This document shows positions 1-12,366 of a DNA stretch of 64,000 nucleotides, in pieces. Location: NCBI RefSeq assembly GCF_006345805.1, contig NC_042999.1:37820001-37884000 (forward strand), given 5' to 3'. The position numbers and the translations under genes were made by a program. Source of the DNA: Octopus sinensis (lineage: Eukaryota). Within the stretch, counting starts at the first letter, position 1. The number at the start of each line of letters is the position of its first letter. Under the pieces are notes generated by a model. That model was not told where the DNA came from. It saw only the letters and a program-made list of their open reading frames with translations, and searched no databases.

Positions 1-196
1 TAGTCCATAAACCTTTAGGTTGAATCCCATGTAAATCCGGGTATGATTATAGACTTAATAGTGTAAATATCCAGAGAGAAACGCGACCATATTGATGCTT
101 CGTAAGTGTTTGATAGCAGAAGGGGTTATTGAGGGATAAAGAGAAAGAAAAGTAAATAGAAAGAAGGAGCGTTATCGACAGGGAAGCTGAAGGTAC

Positions 197-253
<57 letters not shown>

Positions 254-390
254 GAGGAGAGAGGAGCCGAGAGAGGAGAGCGCGAGGAGGAGAGAGAGAG
301 AGAGAGAGATAGAGAGAGAGAGGAGAGAGAGAGATGAGGGGGATCCGAGGAGAGGAGAGAGAAGGACGGAGAGAGATGAGGAGGAGAGGA
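197..390. repeat. (GA)n/(GGA)n purine-rich microsatellite
   Basis: Seen directly; explains the Leu/Ser ORFs at 47-565. Confidence 0.95.
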
Positions 391-492
391 ATGCAATTGA
401 CAGGTCGTTGGCGAGGATTGGTAGGAAGAATACAATACGGAATACAAAAATATAACGTATAAAAATGAACAAGAAAATAAATGTATAAATAT

Positions 493-875
493 TGTTGGCA
501 TCTTTTTGTCTCAGGAGACAATGGAGTTGCGCATAAACTAATCCAGTCTGGTTTTTACCTTTCATGTCCTCTCCAGTTCTGCGCAGGCCTAGGCTAGATA
601 TAAGAAAATCCTGGGTAGCCCAATCATCAGGATTCCTCTCTCGACCTTGCTGACGTAGTCCAAAGGAGTGCAGAGCATTACGTTTGACACCAGCTTGGTT
701 GCAGGAGCTGCCGGGAGAGTGTAGAGTCGAACACTAAACCGCCCACGGAGCTCCACTCGGGATTTCTTTGAAGGTTGTCTCCTTTCCGTAACCCTGGATA
801 GGGGCCCATACCAGGTACTGTCAGCCGGAGCCAGCTGATCCTGGGACTCGTGTCAGGCAGGGTCGTCACTCCCTG
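493..875 (-). mobile_element. Short non-autonomous RTE-derived retroelement (RTE 3' end joined to a GC-rich putative 5' module)
   Basis: 494-570 (tgttggcatc...tgtctcaggagacaatggagttgcgcataaa) closely matches the RTE 3' end at ~13950-14025; 570-875 is GC-rich and not found in that RTE fragment. Confidence 0.6.
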
Positions 876-1115
876 AAATAGTGAAGAAAATCGCTACCTA
901 CTACCTACAAAATAAATACACAAAAGTAAATAAGGAGACAGAAGGAAGGTAAAGGAAGATAAAGTAGAAAATAATAAGTAAAGTAAAATAAAATGAAAGG
1001 GATTTACACTACGAAGGCTATACCTGGATTTACATAGGATTGTACCCAAATATTTATGGACTAGCATCTACACTATCGGAAAATTGAGCGCTTACCTAGT
1101 GTACCTAGTCGTTTC

Positions 1116-1968
1116 GGATCTTTGATGTTGTCGTCACTGTTTACAATTTTGTTCCAATTAGTTTAAAATTCGATAAATGGATTAAGTTTTGTATAGTAAT
1201 TATGAAAATGAAATTCATTTTCCGTATAAATCCATAATTAAAAAGTTATGAGCCTTTAAAATTTGTAAAATTTGGGTATTTTAGCCAATCTGAAATGAGT
1301 ATTTTAGACATCACCGTGGCGAAGAAGTCTGTTTCTATATTAAACAAAGCAAAGAAGCACCACGCGTTCCATAGCTGATTGCGAAGAAGTTTGTTTCTAT
1401 AGTAACCAAAGATGCTGCGCATGCGCACAAGGAGACTACCGACCACTTGTTCAATAATTGTTTGTTTTCATAACAAACGGGACTCAAGCTCAACAAATTG
1501 AAAGTACCTGGGCATGGTTGACTCTTATATTTGTGAATTTATGTGGAGAAAGAGATACGAGAAAGATAATTTATTTTATAAAATCTTAGAGTGTATTGCA
1601 AACTTTGATTCTTGAAGTTTTAAAAACTAATAAATGTCTGTTTTAAACAATGTTTTGACTGTTATTTTTTGCAACTCCTGTTGCCTTGTTCGTAGTTTTT
1701 AAATATTTAATTTGCTCACGTAGCTAGTTTATTGTTTTGACAAGCCGATGCCCCTCCCCGCTGATGATGGAAGAGGCAGCGAACGCACTGTTTTCTGATT
1801 GGCTGAAAATTCTGAAAATTATCAAATTTTTACACCAGTAACACTTTTGCAAACATTTTCTGGAATAAATAAATATCAAATTCGGATTCAGCGTCAAAAA
1901 TTAAATTTATATGAGACATTAAAATTTTTTTTAATAATTGTAAACAGTGACGAAAACTACAACGATCC
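1116..1968. mobile_element. MITE / non-autonomous DNA transposon with ~33-bp TIRs
   Basis: 1116-1148 ggatctttgatgttgtcgtcactgtttacaatt is an imperfect reverse complement of 1936-1968 aattgtaaacagtgacgaaaactacaacgatcc. Confidence 0.7.
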
Positions 1969-1981
1969 CCATATTTTGTAC

Positions 1982-2076
1982 ATATGTATATATGTACGTA
2001 TGCGTATATATATATATATATATATACATACATATATATATATATATTATATATATAATATATATATATATATATA

Positions 2077-2108
<32 letters not shown>

Positions 2109-2241
2109 GTATATATATATGTATATATATATGTATATATATATATATATATAATATATATATATATATTTTTATATATATATATATATAGATATGTATA
2201 TAAATATATTTATGTATATATGTATATATATATGTATATGT
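1982..2241. repeat. Degenerate (TA)n microsatellite
   Basis: Seen directly. Confidence 0.95.
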
Positions 2242-2242
2242 A

Positions 2243-2403
2243 GGCGTAGGAGTGGCTGTGTGGTAAGTAGCTTGCTTACGAACTACATGGTTCGGGTTCA
2301 GTCCCACTGCGGGGCACGTTGGGGAAGTGTCTTCTACTATAGCCTCGAGCCGACCAAAGTCTTGTTAGTGGATTTGGTAGACGGAAACTGAAAGAAACTC
2401 GTC

Positions 2404-2459
<56 letters not shown>

Positions 2460-2682
2460 CTATATGTATGTACGTGTGTGTATATGTTTGTGTGTCTGTG
2501 TTTGTCCCCCCAACATCGCTTGACAACCGATGGTGGTGTGTTTATGTCCCCGGCAAAAGAGACCGATACAATAAGTACTAGGCTTACAAAGAATAAGTCC
2601 TGGGGTCGATTTGCTCGACTAAAGGCGGTGCTCCAGCATGGCTACAGTCAAATGACTGAAACAAGTAAAAGAGTAAAAGAGT
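2243..2682 (+). mobile_element. tRNA-derived SINE, family A (internal microsatellite, AAAAGAGT-repeat tail)
   Basis: A-box-like tggctgtgtggtaa, B-box-like ggttcagtccc, internal (TA)n/(TG)n, tail ...gaaacaagtaaaagagtaaaagag; several other copies in the window. Confidence 0.9.
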
Positions 2683-2691
2683 ATATATACA

Positions 2692-2891
2692 TACTAGGAG
2701 TGGACCTGAAAGGGTCTTGGCTTTAAGAAGAGTATCGCGAAAGAGCTGGTTGGAAGTCTAACCTTCCCAGTTCTTTCACAATGCTTAAAAAAACTGAAGT
2801 GTGTGAATCTGAGAGGGGAATATGTTGAATGAACTCACAATTAACTGATCCTCCTGTATTTTCTTTTACCCAGGAACTCTTCAACCCCTCT

Positions 2892-2896
<5 letters not shown>
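2692..2896 (+). mobile_element. Internally deleted mariner-derived MITE
   Basis: Degenerate TIRs (tactaggagtggacctgaaagggtcttggc / acccaggaactcttcaacccctcttgta); internal bases translate to a mariner-like C-terminus KCVNLRGEYVE*. Confidence 0.6.
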
Positions 2897-2945
<49 letters not shown>

Positions 2946-3469
2946 TAAATTTAACACAATAAAAGATCTTCTTGGTAAAATGTAACGATATCGCAGTCTG
3001 CTTTATTGCATTGTGTGATTCTTCACTTAAGATTTGATAGGTTTTATATACGAGGTTAAGCGAAACGTTTGTTTCAGTAATATATCAAAACAAAAATAGG
3101 GTCCTTCTTCCTGCAGCTCGCTAGCTTGCTTACAGCTGTGGCCAAAAGTTTGGAACATTTAAAAAAAAAATTAATATTGTTATGCCGAAGTACACTTCGA
3201 TTCAAATATATACAACGTAAAGATATACTTACCTAATAGTTTTCAGACCTATGTTTCGAACGTTTGAAGAAGTAATAATATATTGCAAATTAAGTATAAC
3301 TTTGGACGTTTACTATAAAAAATTCTATTTTTCAGACCTATTGTGCATTGGCGTACAACAGTAATACCTGCTTCGACAATGGACCTTGACCTTACGTATG
3401 AATTACTGGTTTTAGTTTGTTGACCAGCATTTCCCTTTAGCAGACACTAGTGACTTTAGACTACTTTTC

Positions 3470-4000
3470 TAGCTAACGTTGATCCTTTTGCGTCGCCAAA
3501 GCAGTTAACCCCACTTTTCTGCGGAAGGATGAGTTTTGAATTTCTTTTTCACAGGAGATCCCGGATTTTCTACTCCCAACTCTACCTTCTGAATTTTAAC
3601 TCAAAGTGAAGCACCCGGGTCTAATCATTTCTTACCATTCTCTCCAAAACTAATTCGGCATCATCGTTGTAGCTATTGAATAAGCGTTGGCAGATTTCTA
3701 CACGATTGCGCTTGTGCGCTTTGATTAGCCCTCTAGGCAGCCATCTCGCACAGAATTTACGAAAGCGAAGCTTGTCGTGGATGATTTTGTCAGCAGAACC
3801 ATGACAAATCTGCAGAGAATATGCCAGCTCATAGATGGTCTCTCGTCAGTTCACCAGTGCCTTCTTTCGAGTTTGCTGTCTAGTGATGGTCATTGATGGG
3901 TCTTCTTCCCCCTCTTCGTTCTTCACGCTTCTCTGGCAATTTTTAAACTTCTCCATTCACTCATACACACGTCTACGCGTTGAGCACTGTTCCCATATTG
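3470..4000 (-). pseudogene. Mariner transposase relic
   Basis: Minus strand translates TIYELAYSLQICHGSADKIIHDKLRFRKFCARWLPRGLIKAHKRNRVEICQRLF, containing the mariner WVPxxL-type motif, with stops downstream. Confidence 0.8.
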
Positions 4001-4157
4001 AAAATCTGCCTGGAATTTCGGACCACGGTTGTCTGTTCTGCCTTGGTGCACAAAGTCAGCACGGAATGGCCACGTTTGCTCTGTAAACACAAGAATAAAA
4101 AAAACCCGGAGTGATCAAGACGAAACCTCGGTTCCTATCTTTTAGCAAGCGAGCGCT

Positions 4158-4204
4158 ATGTATGTATGTATGTATGTATGTATGTATGTATGTATGTATG
4201 TATG

Positions 4205-4261
<57 letters not shown>

Positions 4262-4534
4262 GACACTCTGACGAAGGTGACTAAAACGGGTAAACCTCAC
4301 TTGTCCTCCCCTTTACACTTTATATTGACATTTCTGTGATAACGATCCCTATTGATCGATTTTTTTCCTTTACTTTCTATTTTTTATCCCCCCTTTTTTT
4401 TACTTTCCTCTTTCTTTACTTTTACGATCCCTTTTGATCGAAAACCAAACCCCCTTTTTTATCCCCCAAAAGAAAAGATCTACCTTGTAATGTGTCCCGT
4501 CTGTGTGCAGCCCTGTGTGGCTAATAAAGAAACA

Positions 4535-4579
<45 letters not shown>

Positions 4580-4580
4580 G

Positions 4581-4659
<79 letters not shown>

Positions 4660-4718
4660 GTGTGTGTGTGTGTGTGTCTGTCTGTCTCTCTTTCTCTCCC
4701 TACTCTCTCTCTATCTAT
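4158..4718. repeat. Compound (TATG)n/(TATC)n/(TG)n microsatellite interrupted by an insert at 4261-4534
   Basis: Seen directly. Confidence 0.9.
4261..4534 (+). mobile_element. Probable LINE 3' UTR fragment inside a (TATC)n tract
   Basis: Pyrimidine-rich body ending gccctgtgtggctaataaa, (TATC)n on both sides; the same 19-mer occurs at 26859-26877 next to TATC repeats. Confidence 0.5.
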
Positions 4719-5194
4719 CATATTTTTTACAAGAAAAAGTTGACATTGATTATAAAATTCCGGTCGGTTCTCTCTCGACTGGCACTCTGATGAAGGTGAC
4801 TAAAACAAAAAATTGAAACACTCAGCATTTTCGTAGTAAAAATATATATACAATACTCCATTTAATACGTATGCGTATATAACGATACATGTAGACAAAC
4901 GTTAGCATATATGTATGCACCTTCTCGATATGTTTTCTGTATGTACGTATTTATATGAGTATATATCCCTATAAGCGTATGTCTATGCATACATGTATTT
5001 ATATATGTACATACATGCATATACAAACATACACACACACACACAGATATATATATATATATATAAATATATATAAGTATGTATGTGTGTGTATTTGTAT
5101 ACCAATACACGCATACCGACTAGCTCAAACCCACACACTTATGCAGAGAGGGAGAGATAGATAGATAGCTAGAGAGAGAAAGACAGAGTGAGAG

Positions 5195-5241
<47 letters not shown>

Positions 5242-5260
5242 AGAGAAAGAAAGAGAGATG

Positions 5261-5300
<40 letters not shown>

Positions 5301-5777
5301 AGGGGAGAAATGGAAAGAGAGAAAAACTGTCAGAAAGACTGGCGGAGAGAAATGTAGGATTATATGAACTGATTTAGCGATATACATCCTTTAATTATAT
5401 GTATGCTTATTTTGTGCAGTTGAACGAGTTAACATTCTCGAAGGTATGTTGGATCAAATTATATTTGCAATCCTCGTGAGCCAGTTCTCTATTCTATGAT
5501 AGGTACGCAGCCTTAGTCAATTGAATTATGGTAACAAACTTAAGTATTCCTCACCTAACAACTTGTTATCCAACCGAACGTCCGTATAAAGTGTAAAACT
5601 CATACATGTTATGGTTTCTGTTTAGCTGATAATTTGCTGTGTTCAATGCAATGCATACATACATTATGCATACAATGCATACATACATACATGCTCTCTG
5701 TCTATCTGTCTGTCTGTCTGTCTGTCTGTCTCTGTCTCTCTGCCTTTCCCTTCATATATATATATATCTTCGCTGGA

Positions 5778-6257
5778 AGATGGTGGGGGTTCGCTCCTCT
5801 CCTTACAATATATATCGGGTGGAGATTGCATCGATAACTAGCTGGAAGAAGCATCCTTCTGGGGTTAAAAACAGTAGTAATGTTGTGTTCTTAAGGAAAG
5901 GCCATGTTGAAAAGTCGATAAACGTTACTTCTCTGTATAGTTGTTACTTTCATCTCTTATAGAGATTTTTTATCTAGCTACACTTAGCTTGTTGCAAGAT
6001 CAGTGACTGGTTGTCATTCATTATTTTTTTTATATATTACGAGCTGGAGCGGACGACTATTATCTCTAGCGGACGAGTATTCACTACTGAGATAATCAAA
6101 AACAGCTCCAAACCGGACTATCTCGTGGTCCCGTCGCCGACGAAAGATGGTGGGGTTTCGCTCCCCTGCTTGCATTATATATCGGGTGCAGATGGTATCG
6201 ATAACCTCCTGGGATTAAAAACAGTGGTAACATCGTGTTCTTGGCGATAAACGTTAC

Positions 6258-6262
<5 letters not shown>
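5778..6262. repeat. Diverged direct repeat (5778-5935 vs 6146-6262) bracketing ~210 bp
   Basis: Both copies read gatggtgggg.ttcgctcc....atatatcgggtg.agat...atcgataac...aaaacagt.gtaa...gtgttctt...cgataaacgttac. Confidence 0.75.
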
Positions 6263-6289
<27 letters not shown>

Positions 6290-6304
6290 TGCACCTATGA
6301 TGGT

Positions 6305-6687
6305 GGAAGCACTCCGTCGGTTACGACGACGAGGGTTCCGGTTGATCCGAATCAACGGAACAGCCTGCTCGTGAAATTAACGTGCAAGTGGCTGAGCACT
6401 CCACAGACACGCGTACCCTTAACGTAGTTCTCGGGGATATTCAGCGTGACACAGAGAGTGACAAGGCTGGCCCTTTGAAATATAGGTACAACAGAAACAG
6501 GAAGTAAGAGTGAGAGAAAGTTGTGGCGAAAGAGTACAGCAGGGATCACCACCATCCCCTGCCGGAGCCTCGTGGAGCTTTAGGTGTTTTCGCTGAATAA
6601 ACACTCACAACGCCCGGTCTGGGAATCGAAACCGCGATCCTACGACCGCGAGTCTGCTGCCCTAACCACTGGGCCATTGCGCCTCCA
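6305..6687 (-). mobile_element. tRNA-derived SINE, family B (head ggaggcgcaatggcccagtgg, tail X)
   Basis: A box tggcccagtgg and B box ggtttcgattcc on the minus strand; near-identical to 46005-46389 and 61983-62357. Confidence 0.92.
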
Positions 6688-6720
6688 CTGGGCCATTGCA
6701 CCTCCACTGGGCCATTGCAC

Positions 6721-6776
<56 letters not shown>

Positions 6777-7165
6777 GCATAAATAGATAAGAAGAATAAG
6801 GATAAACACAAGTTATAAGTTCATATTAAAGTTCCTACACGTGTTTCACCGTTATAGTTGTTTGGAACACTGAGAGAGATGTTCCAAATGTGTAAAGATG
6901 CTCAATCTCAACGGACCCTCAGACAACACTTTAATGTATCAAGTTACGCACGCACTCACGCACACACACACACACACAAACACACACGCATACATGCACA
7001 CACGCACACAAACACACGCACAAACACATACGCACACGCACACACGTAAACATTTTGTTTGAGGCTGGTACTTATTCTATCGATCATTTCACTTTTGTTG
7101 AACCTCTACATCGGCCGTGAGAGGGGATAAACATAAACACTAATACACACATACTCGATCATATA

Positions 7166-7252
<87 letters not shown>

Positions 7253-7688
7253 CTAACTGTATATCTGTATGTGTGTAATGTGTGCTTGTGTCTTTGTTTA
7301 TATTCACACACATACACACACACGCCTATTGATTTACTAAAAACACAATTTACTATAAGAATTAGGGTTGGTTTACCTACCTACATTGAAACCCTGTTCT
7401 CGTATAATGCTTTCCATAAACGGCAAGAATGCTTTTGTCATTCATTCCATCACCTTCTATTCCTTTGGAGCCGATAAAAATCTGGCAACGGAACTGTAAG
7501 AACGTAGGGCCAGATACCTAGTAGTATTGGATCAGACACTTGGCAGTTTGTGTCCTCGTCATGGTCTACTTTAGTACATTACTCGGTCTAGCACCAGCAG
7601 CGGAGTCTACAGCAACAAGTTTTCAAGCCAGACCTCCTCACTACCAGTCCCAGGGATCTTGTGATGTTATGACATTATTTCTTGAATA

Positions 7689-7715
<27 letters not shown>

Positions 7716-7719
<4 letters not shown>

Positions 7720-8112
7720 CTTTACTCTTTTACTTGTTTCAGTCATTTGACTGCGGCCATGCTGGAGCACTGCCTTTAGTCGAGCAAATCGACCCCGGGA
7801 CTTATTCTTTGTAAGCCCAGTACTTATTCTATCGATCTCTTTTGCCGAACCGCTAAGTGATGGGGTCGTAAACACACCAGCATCGGTTGTCAAGCGATAT
7901 TGGGGGGACAAACACAGACACACAAACACACACACACACATATACATATATATACATATATACGACAGGCTTCTTTCAGTTTCCGCCTACCAAATCCACT
8001 CACAAGGCATTGGTCGGCCCGGGGCTGTAGCAGAAGACACTTGCCCAAGATGCCACGCAGTGGGACTGAACCCGGAACCATGTGGTTGGTTAGCAAGCTA
8101 CTTACCACACAG
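7716..8112 (-). mobile_element. SINE family A, nearly full length
   Basis: Reverse complement of the 30520-30930 type, with internal (CA)/(TA) tract. Confidence 0.9.
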
Positions 8113-8937
8113 GTGTGATTTAAGGATGATTTGACCGCCTTTTCTAGCGATTGAAGAATCACTAATAGCTATCATCCTCCTCCTGCATTGGTTCATATTT
8201 CATATTTGGGAATTTTCGAAATCCATCGTAGTATTAGTCTCGCTTCCATCGTTAATCTCCTATATTTTGGAGAAATCTGCAAATAATAGATACATTATTT
8301 ATCAATATTTTTCCATCAAATGTTGGTTGAAGTGTTTTGTGACGTAGTACATAGAATTAGTTGTAATAAGAAGTATGGTGGATCGGCGTATGTCTTAATT
8401 GAAAGACCAATTCTTATTCGTATATTGGCTTTAGTCATTAGACTGCAATCAGACTGGAGCATCGCCGTCACGGATTTTAGTGCTTATATTTGTAACGATA
8501 ATATTTGTGGTGCTTAATACATCGAACTTATGAAATAAGAAAATTCGCTTTTGGCTTTCAGCTTTTGCATGATTAATTAATCTACATTTACGATCTATAT
8601 TATTGGCTTTGAGTGTGACGAACGCGTCACATTTACGCAAGTATCTTTATCTTTTCCCTATTTATCAGCTAAGTGGGTGCAATAATTTTTTTTCATAGTT
8701 TATGATAATATATTTGGTTAAATGTTAACTGTTGTTTAAAAGTACATAACCGTTAACTGGTTTTAGTTTTTAATTCGACGAATTTCAATATATTTTCCTA
8801 TTTATTTATTCTAGCATGATTAGATTCTCTTCTTAAAACAACCAAAACCAGTAGCTGCTTAGTTAAAAATGTAAATATTGTCTATCTGTTTTCCATAGCA
8901 AATATCCGGACCATTTTCTTTTTCTTTCTTTAAATAT

Positions 8938-9013
<76 letters not shown>

Positions 9014-9261
9014 ATACACAAACACATGTTTGTATATAATATACAGGAAAGGCTAGAATAAAATGCCCGTTAATTACTTCAACCGATTTCATTGTGCAGT
9101 TAGGAGCGAACCTACTTCATCTCTTATTTCCTGTGCAAAATATTTGTATCCCTATGTGTGTGTGGAAGTGTGTGTATTGTGCGTAAATGTGTGTGTAGGA
9201 GTAGATGTAGCTAAAGGTACATATACGTAGACCGACAGATAGTGCGGCTTAGTTTTACTCT

Positions 9262-9298
<37 letters not shown>

Positions 9299-9699
9299 AT
9301 TGCACTGGAACGCAGAAATAAACTACGTATGTGACTGGCTGTATATGAAATATCATTCAGAAAAGAAAACCTGACTGTCCTCCATTTTGGAAAATTTAAT
9401 TTAGAAGCGCCTCTGATATAAAACCTGCGGTCGAAATACTTAACGGACATCTTGTTTGTGTTTGTCACTGTATATTTACCTATGTATAATTACAAAGAGT
9501 AATACGTGTCACACATGTGTATGTTACTATAATTCGATGGTGTACATATAATTTATCACGTCATTTAGTTTCATAGAGGCACTTAATTTGGAGTATCATA
9601 TTTCAACTAGACTGATAATACTTACCTTGGCTCTTGGCGGGAGAGCACCATTAGAAGCGTTGTGAGATCACAGGGGGGAGGTAAATGTAAGGAAATAAT

Positions 9700-10320
9700 A
9701 TGCTAGACGTTGTATGTTTAGAATTGCGAAGTTTCCAAGAAATATATTTATACACTTTCTGCAATTCTTGTATTTTGAATAATTTCTTTACTTGTCTCTA
9801 GTTTTCGTTGAACTTCACGTCCACTGTACATCGTTTCTCTAGATCAGTAAGCGGCCTTTTCACACCGATTCATGTAACAATATCTTGCATTTTGTGCTTA
9901 AAGCAAGTTTCTGCTTCTATTGTAATATTTCACTAATACTCTTAATTTTTTGAGGGTTGGATGCATTGTGGTTTTAGTGTGGCTTTGGTTTGTTCATCAG
10001 AACAATCTTTGCTGCATATTGTATTGTTGACAGTTTTGACGATGTCATATCTTATGGGAAGGTAGGAAATTGTGGGCGTTTTAGGACAGCTTCAGGTATG
10101 GATGATAACTTTCTCAATAGTATGGCATAATTGAAATTTTATTACCCAACCGGATGTTTTGATGCATCCTTATCTCTTATCTTGATCGAATATTTTGTTG
10201 CTACTACATGTTTATCGATAGCGAAGGCGTAGTCATCTGTGTGCCTGTATCATAGTTGGTTTAAAAGAAGATATTCATGTGAAAGTTGTTGGTATTCTGA
10301 AGATTACTGTAGCATATTTT
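9700..10320 (-). pseudogene. Heavily decayed Penelope-like element (RT and GIY-YIG C-terminus)
   Basis: Minus strand gives *YRHTDDYAFAI (resembles the PLE RT WYRYVDD motif) near 10250 and TRIAESV*I..FAILN (resembles the GIY-YIG end) near 9720-9770; many stops and frameshifts. Confidence 0.5.
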
Positions 10321-10466
10321 CTACTGTTATGATGAGTATTTCTCCTCGAAGTCTCTGTTTAAGTAGGTGAGTCCGGATATAAATGACTCGAGTACACCAG
10401 CTGTGCAATTAGAATTCCTGTTGAAGTTCTTCGTCCAAATTCGTGATGTTATTTCTTTCACTGTTA

Positions 10467-10680
10467 AGGCGGTGAGGTAACGGAACCGTTACCCCACGCA
10501 GCAAAATGCTTAGTGGTATTTCTTTCTTTTTTAGGTTTTGAGTTCAAATGTTGCCGAACTCAGCTTTGCCTTTCACCCTTTCGAGGTCGACAAAATAAGT
10601 ACCAGTTGAGCACTGGGGTCGATGTAATCGATTTAGACACTTTCCTAGAATTCTTCGCCTTGAACCAAAATTTTGGACCA
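10467..10680 (+). mobile_element. SINE family C (Deu/Nin-like central domain), degenerate
   Basis: gagttcaaat B box; ctttgcctttcaccctttcgaggtcgacaaaataagtaccag. Confidence 0.8.
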
Positions 10681-10989
10681 TCATTGCTTTCACTGTTGAA
10701 TATAAATGTGATGTACTTAATTCCTCTCCTTACACATCAGAAGGTGTTGTCTACGTGGTAGGAAGCGGCACTCAATTGCTGACTAAATTGATTTTATGCA
10801 TTTGAATCCTTCCCACTGATGGAGTAACAAAAATCATAAACAACATCGCAGGGTAATTGTAACATGAAGTACACTTCAACAATACCCGTGTGTATTAAAA
10901 TGTATGTATGTATGCCTGTATGTATGTATGTATGTATGTATGTATGTATGTATGTATGTATGTATGTATGTATGTATGTATGTATAACT

Positions 10990-11195
10990 ATTGATTTCAA
11001 ATTTTGGCACAAGGCCTGCAATTTAGAGGTAGTGGGTATGGCGTTTACATCGACCTAAGTACTCAATCGGTACTTACTTTATACATCTCGAAAGGATGAA
11101 AAGCAAAGTCGATCTAGCAGAATTGGAACTCAGACGGACGAAATCCCACTAAACATTTTACCGGGCGTGCTAACGATTCTGTCAGCTCCTCGGCT
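10990..11195 (-). mobile_element. SINE family C, degenerate
   Basis: Reverse-complement match (cgaaaggatgaaaagcaaagtcga...gtgctaacgattctgtcagctc). Confidence 0.75.
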
Positions 11196-11322
11196 ATATA
11201 TTTATACATATTAATGTTTCTTTTTTTTGACTGCGACAATGGCTTAGCTGGCCAACACTTCGAAGTCACTGTCACTTATATATATATATATTATTAATAT
11301 ATATATAGAATAGAATATAAAC

Positions 11323-11353
<31 letters not shown>

Positions 11354-12129
11354 AATATATGTGTGTGTGTATATATATATGTGTGTGTATAAATAAATAA
11401 ATAAACGTATATATATATATATATATATATATATGTAGATATTGGTACATTTGTATGGTTATACATCTTAACGTATAGTTTGGGGTTAAATCTAATAATG
11501 GCATCTATTTTATATAACAAAATAACTGATTCTGCGTACTGAACATATATTTCTATACTTTAATTTAAAAAAAAAATCTTGTCTAACTGTTTTTCTCCCG
11601 CGAATTATTATGAGATATACAATTTCAGTTCAATCTCATCAAATTCAAAATTTTTAAGACTATTAATGAGATTAAAACATATTATTAATATATCTTCCCT
11701 GCACACCCATGTAACATTATTTCCATCTGATCAAGCCTTTTTTATTTCACTATTATGTCACAATCTTGTGCATACGAATACACTGATACACACATGAACA
11801 CACACGCACACACACATACATATATATATGTATATGGGCAAGCACTGAGTGTATATTTACGTTTTTGTTTATATACGTTACCCGTATAACTACATATTTG
11901 TACAGATATATGCACTTATATAGAAACACAACACTGTGTACATGAATTCACTTGTTTCCTTATATAGGCACGTGTTTGTATAAGGTCGAATATTTATTTA
12001 TATATCTATATTATATTATTATCACTTCATTTAAAGTTTTCATAGGGTCAATTATCTATTTCAGATATCTGAATTAATTAGTATGTTCTGAGGTAATTGA
12101 GTGCTCGAAAACAGAAATAGGTTTAGTTG

Positions 12130-12188
12130 AATATATATATATATATTAAAGTGTGGTGCGTATACATACACGCGCAAATGTGTGTGAG

Positions 12189-12242
<54 letters not shown>

Positions 12243-12322
12243 CATATATATATCTATATATATATACATATATATATACATATATATATATATAATATAT
12301 ATATACATATATATATACATAT

Positions 12323-12366
<44 letters not shown>

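Larger units (their letters stand above)
1..1063. mobile_element. Non-autonomous TIR DNA transposon with ~70-bp inverted repeats and TAG...CTA ends (possibly Academ-like); may extend left of the window
   Basis: 1-72 (tagtccataaa...cccatgtaaatccgggtat...tatagacttaatagtgtaaatatcc) is an imperfect reverse complement of 999-1063 (gggatttacactacgaaggctatacctggatttacatagg...tttatggacta). No internal ORF. Confidence 0.7.

Noticed and set aside
47-565. 172-aa Leu/Ser-rich ORF and overlapping ORFs
   Set aside because: Translation of a (GA)n tract plus an RTE 3' end.
1755-1790. ctgatga motif as a hammerhead or C/D box
   Set aside because: No GAAA core with stems and no matching terminal stem; lies inside a MITE.
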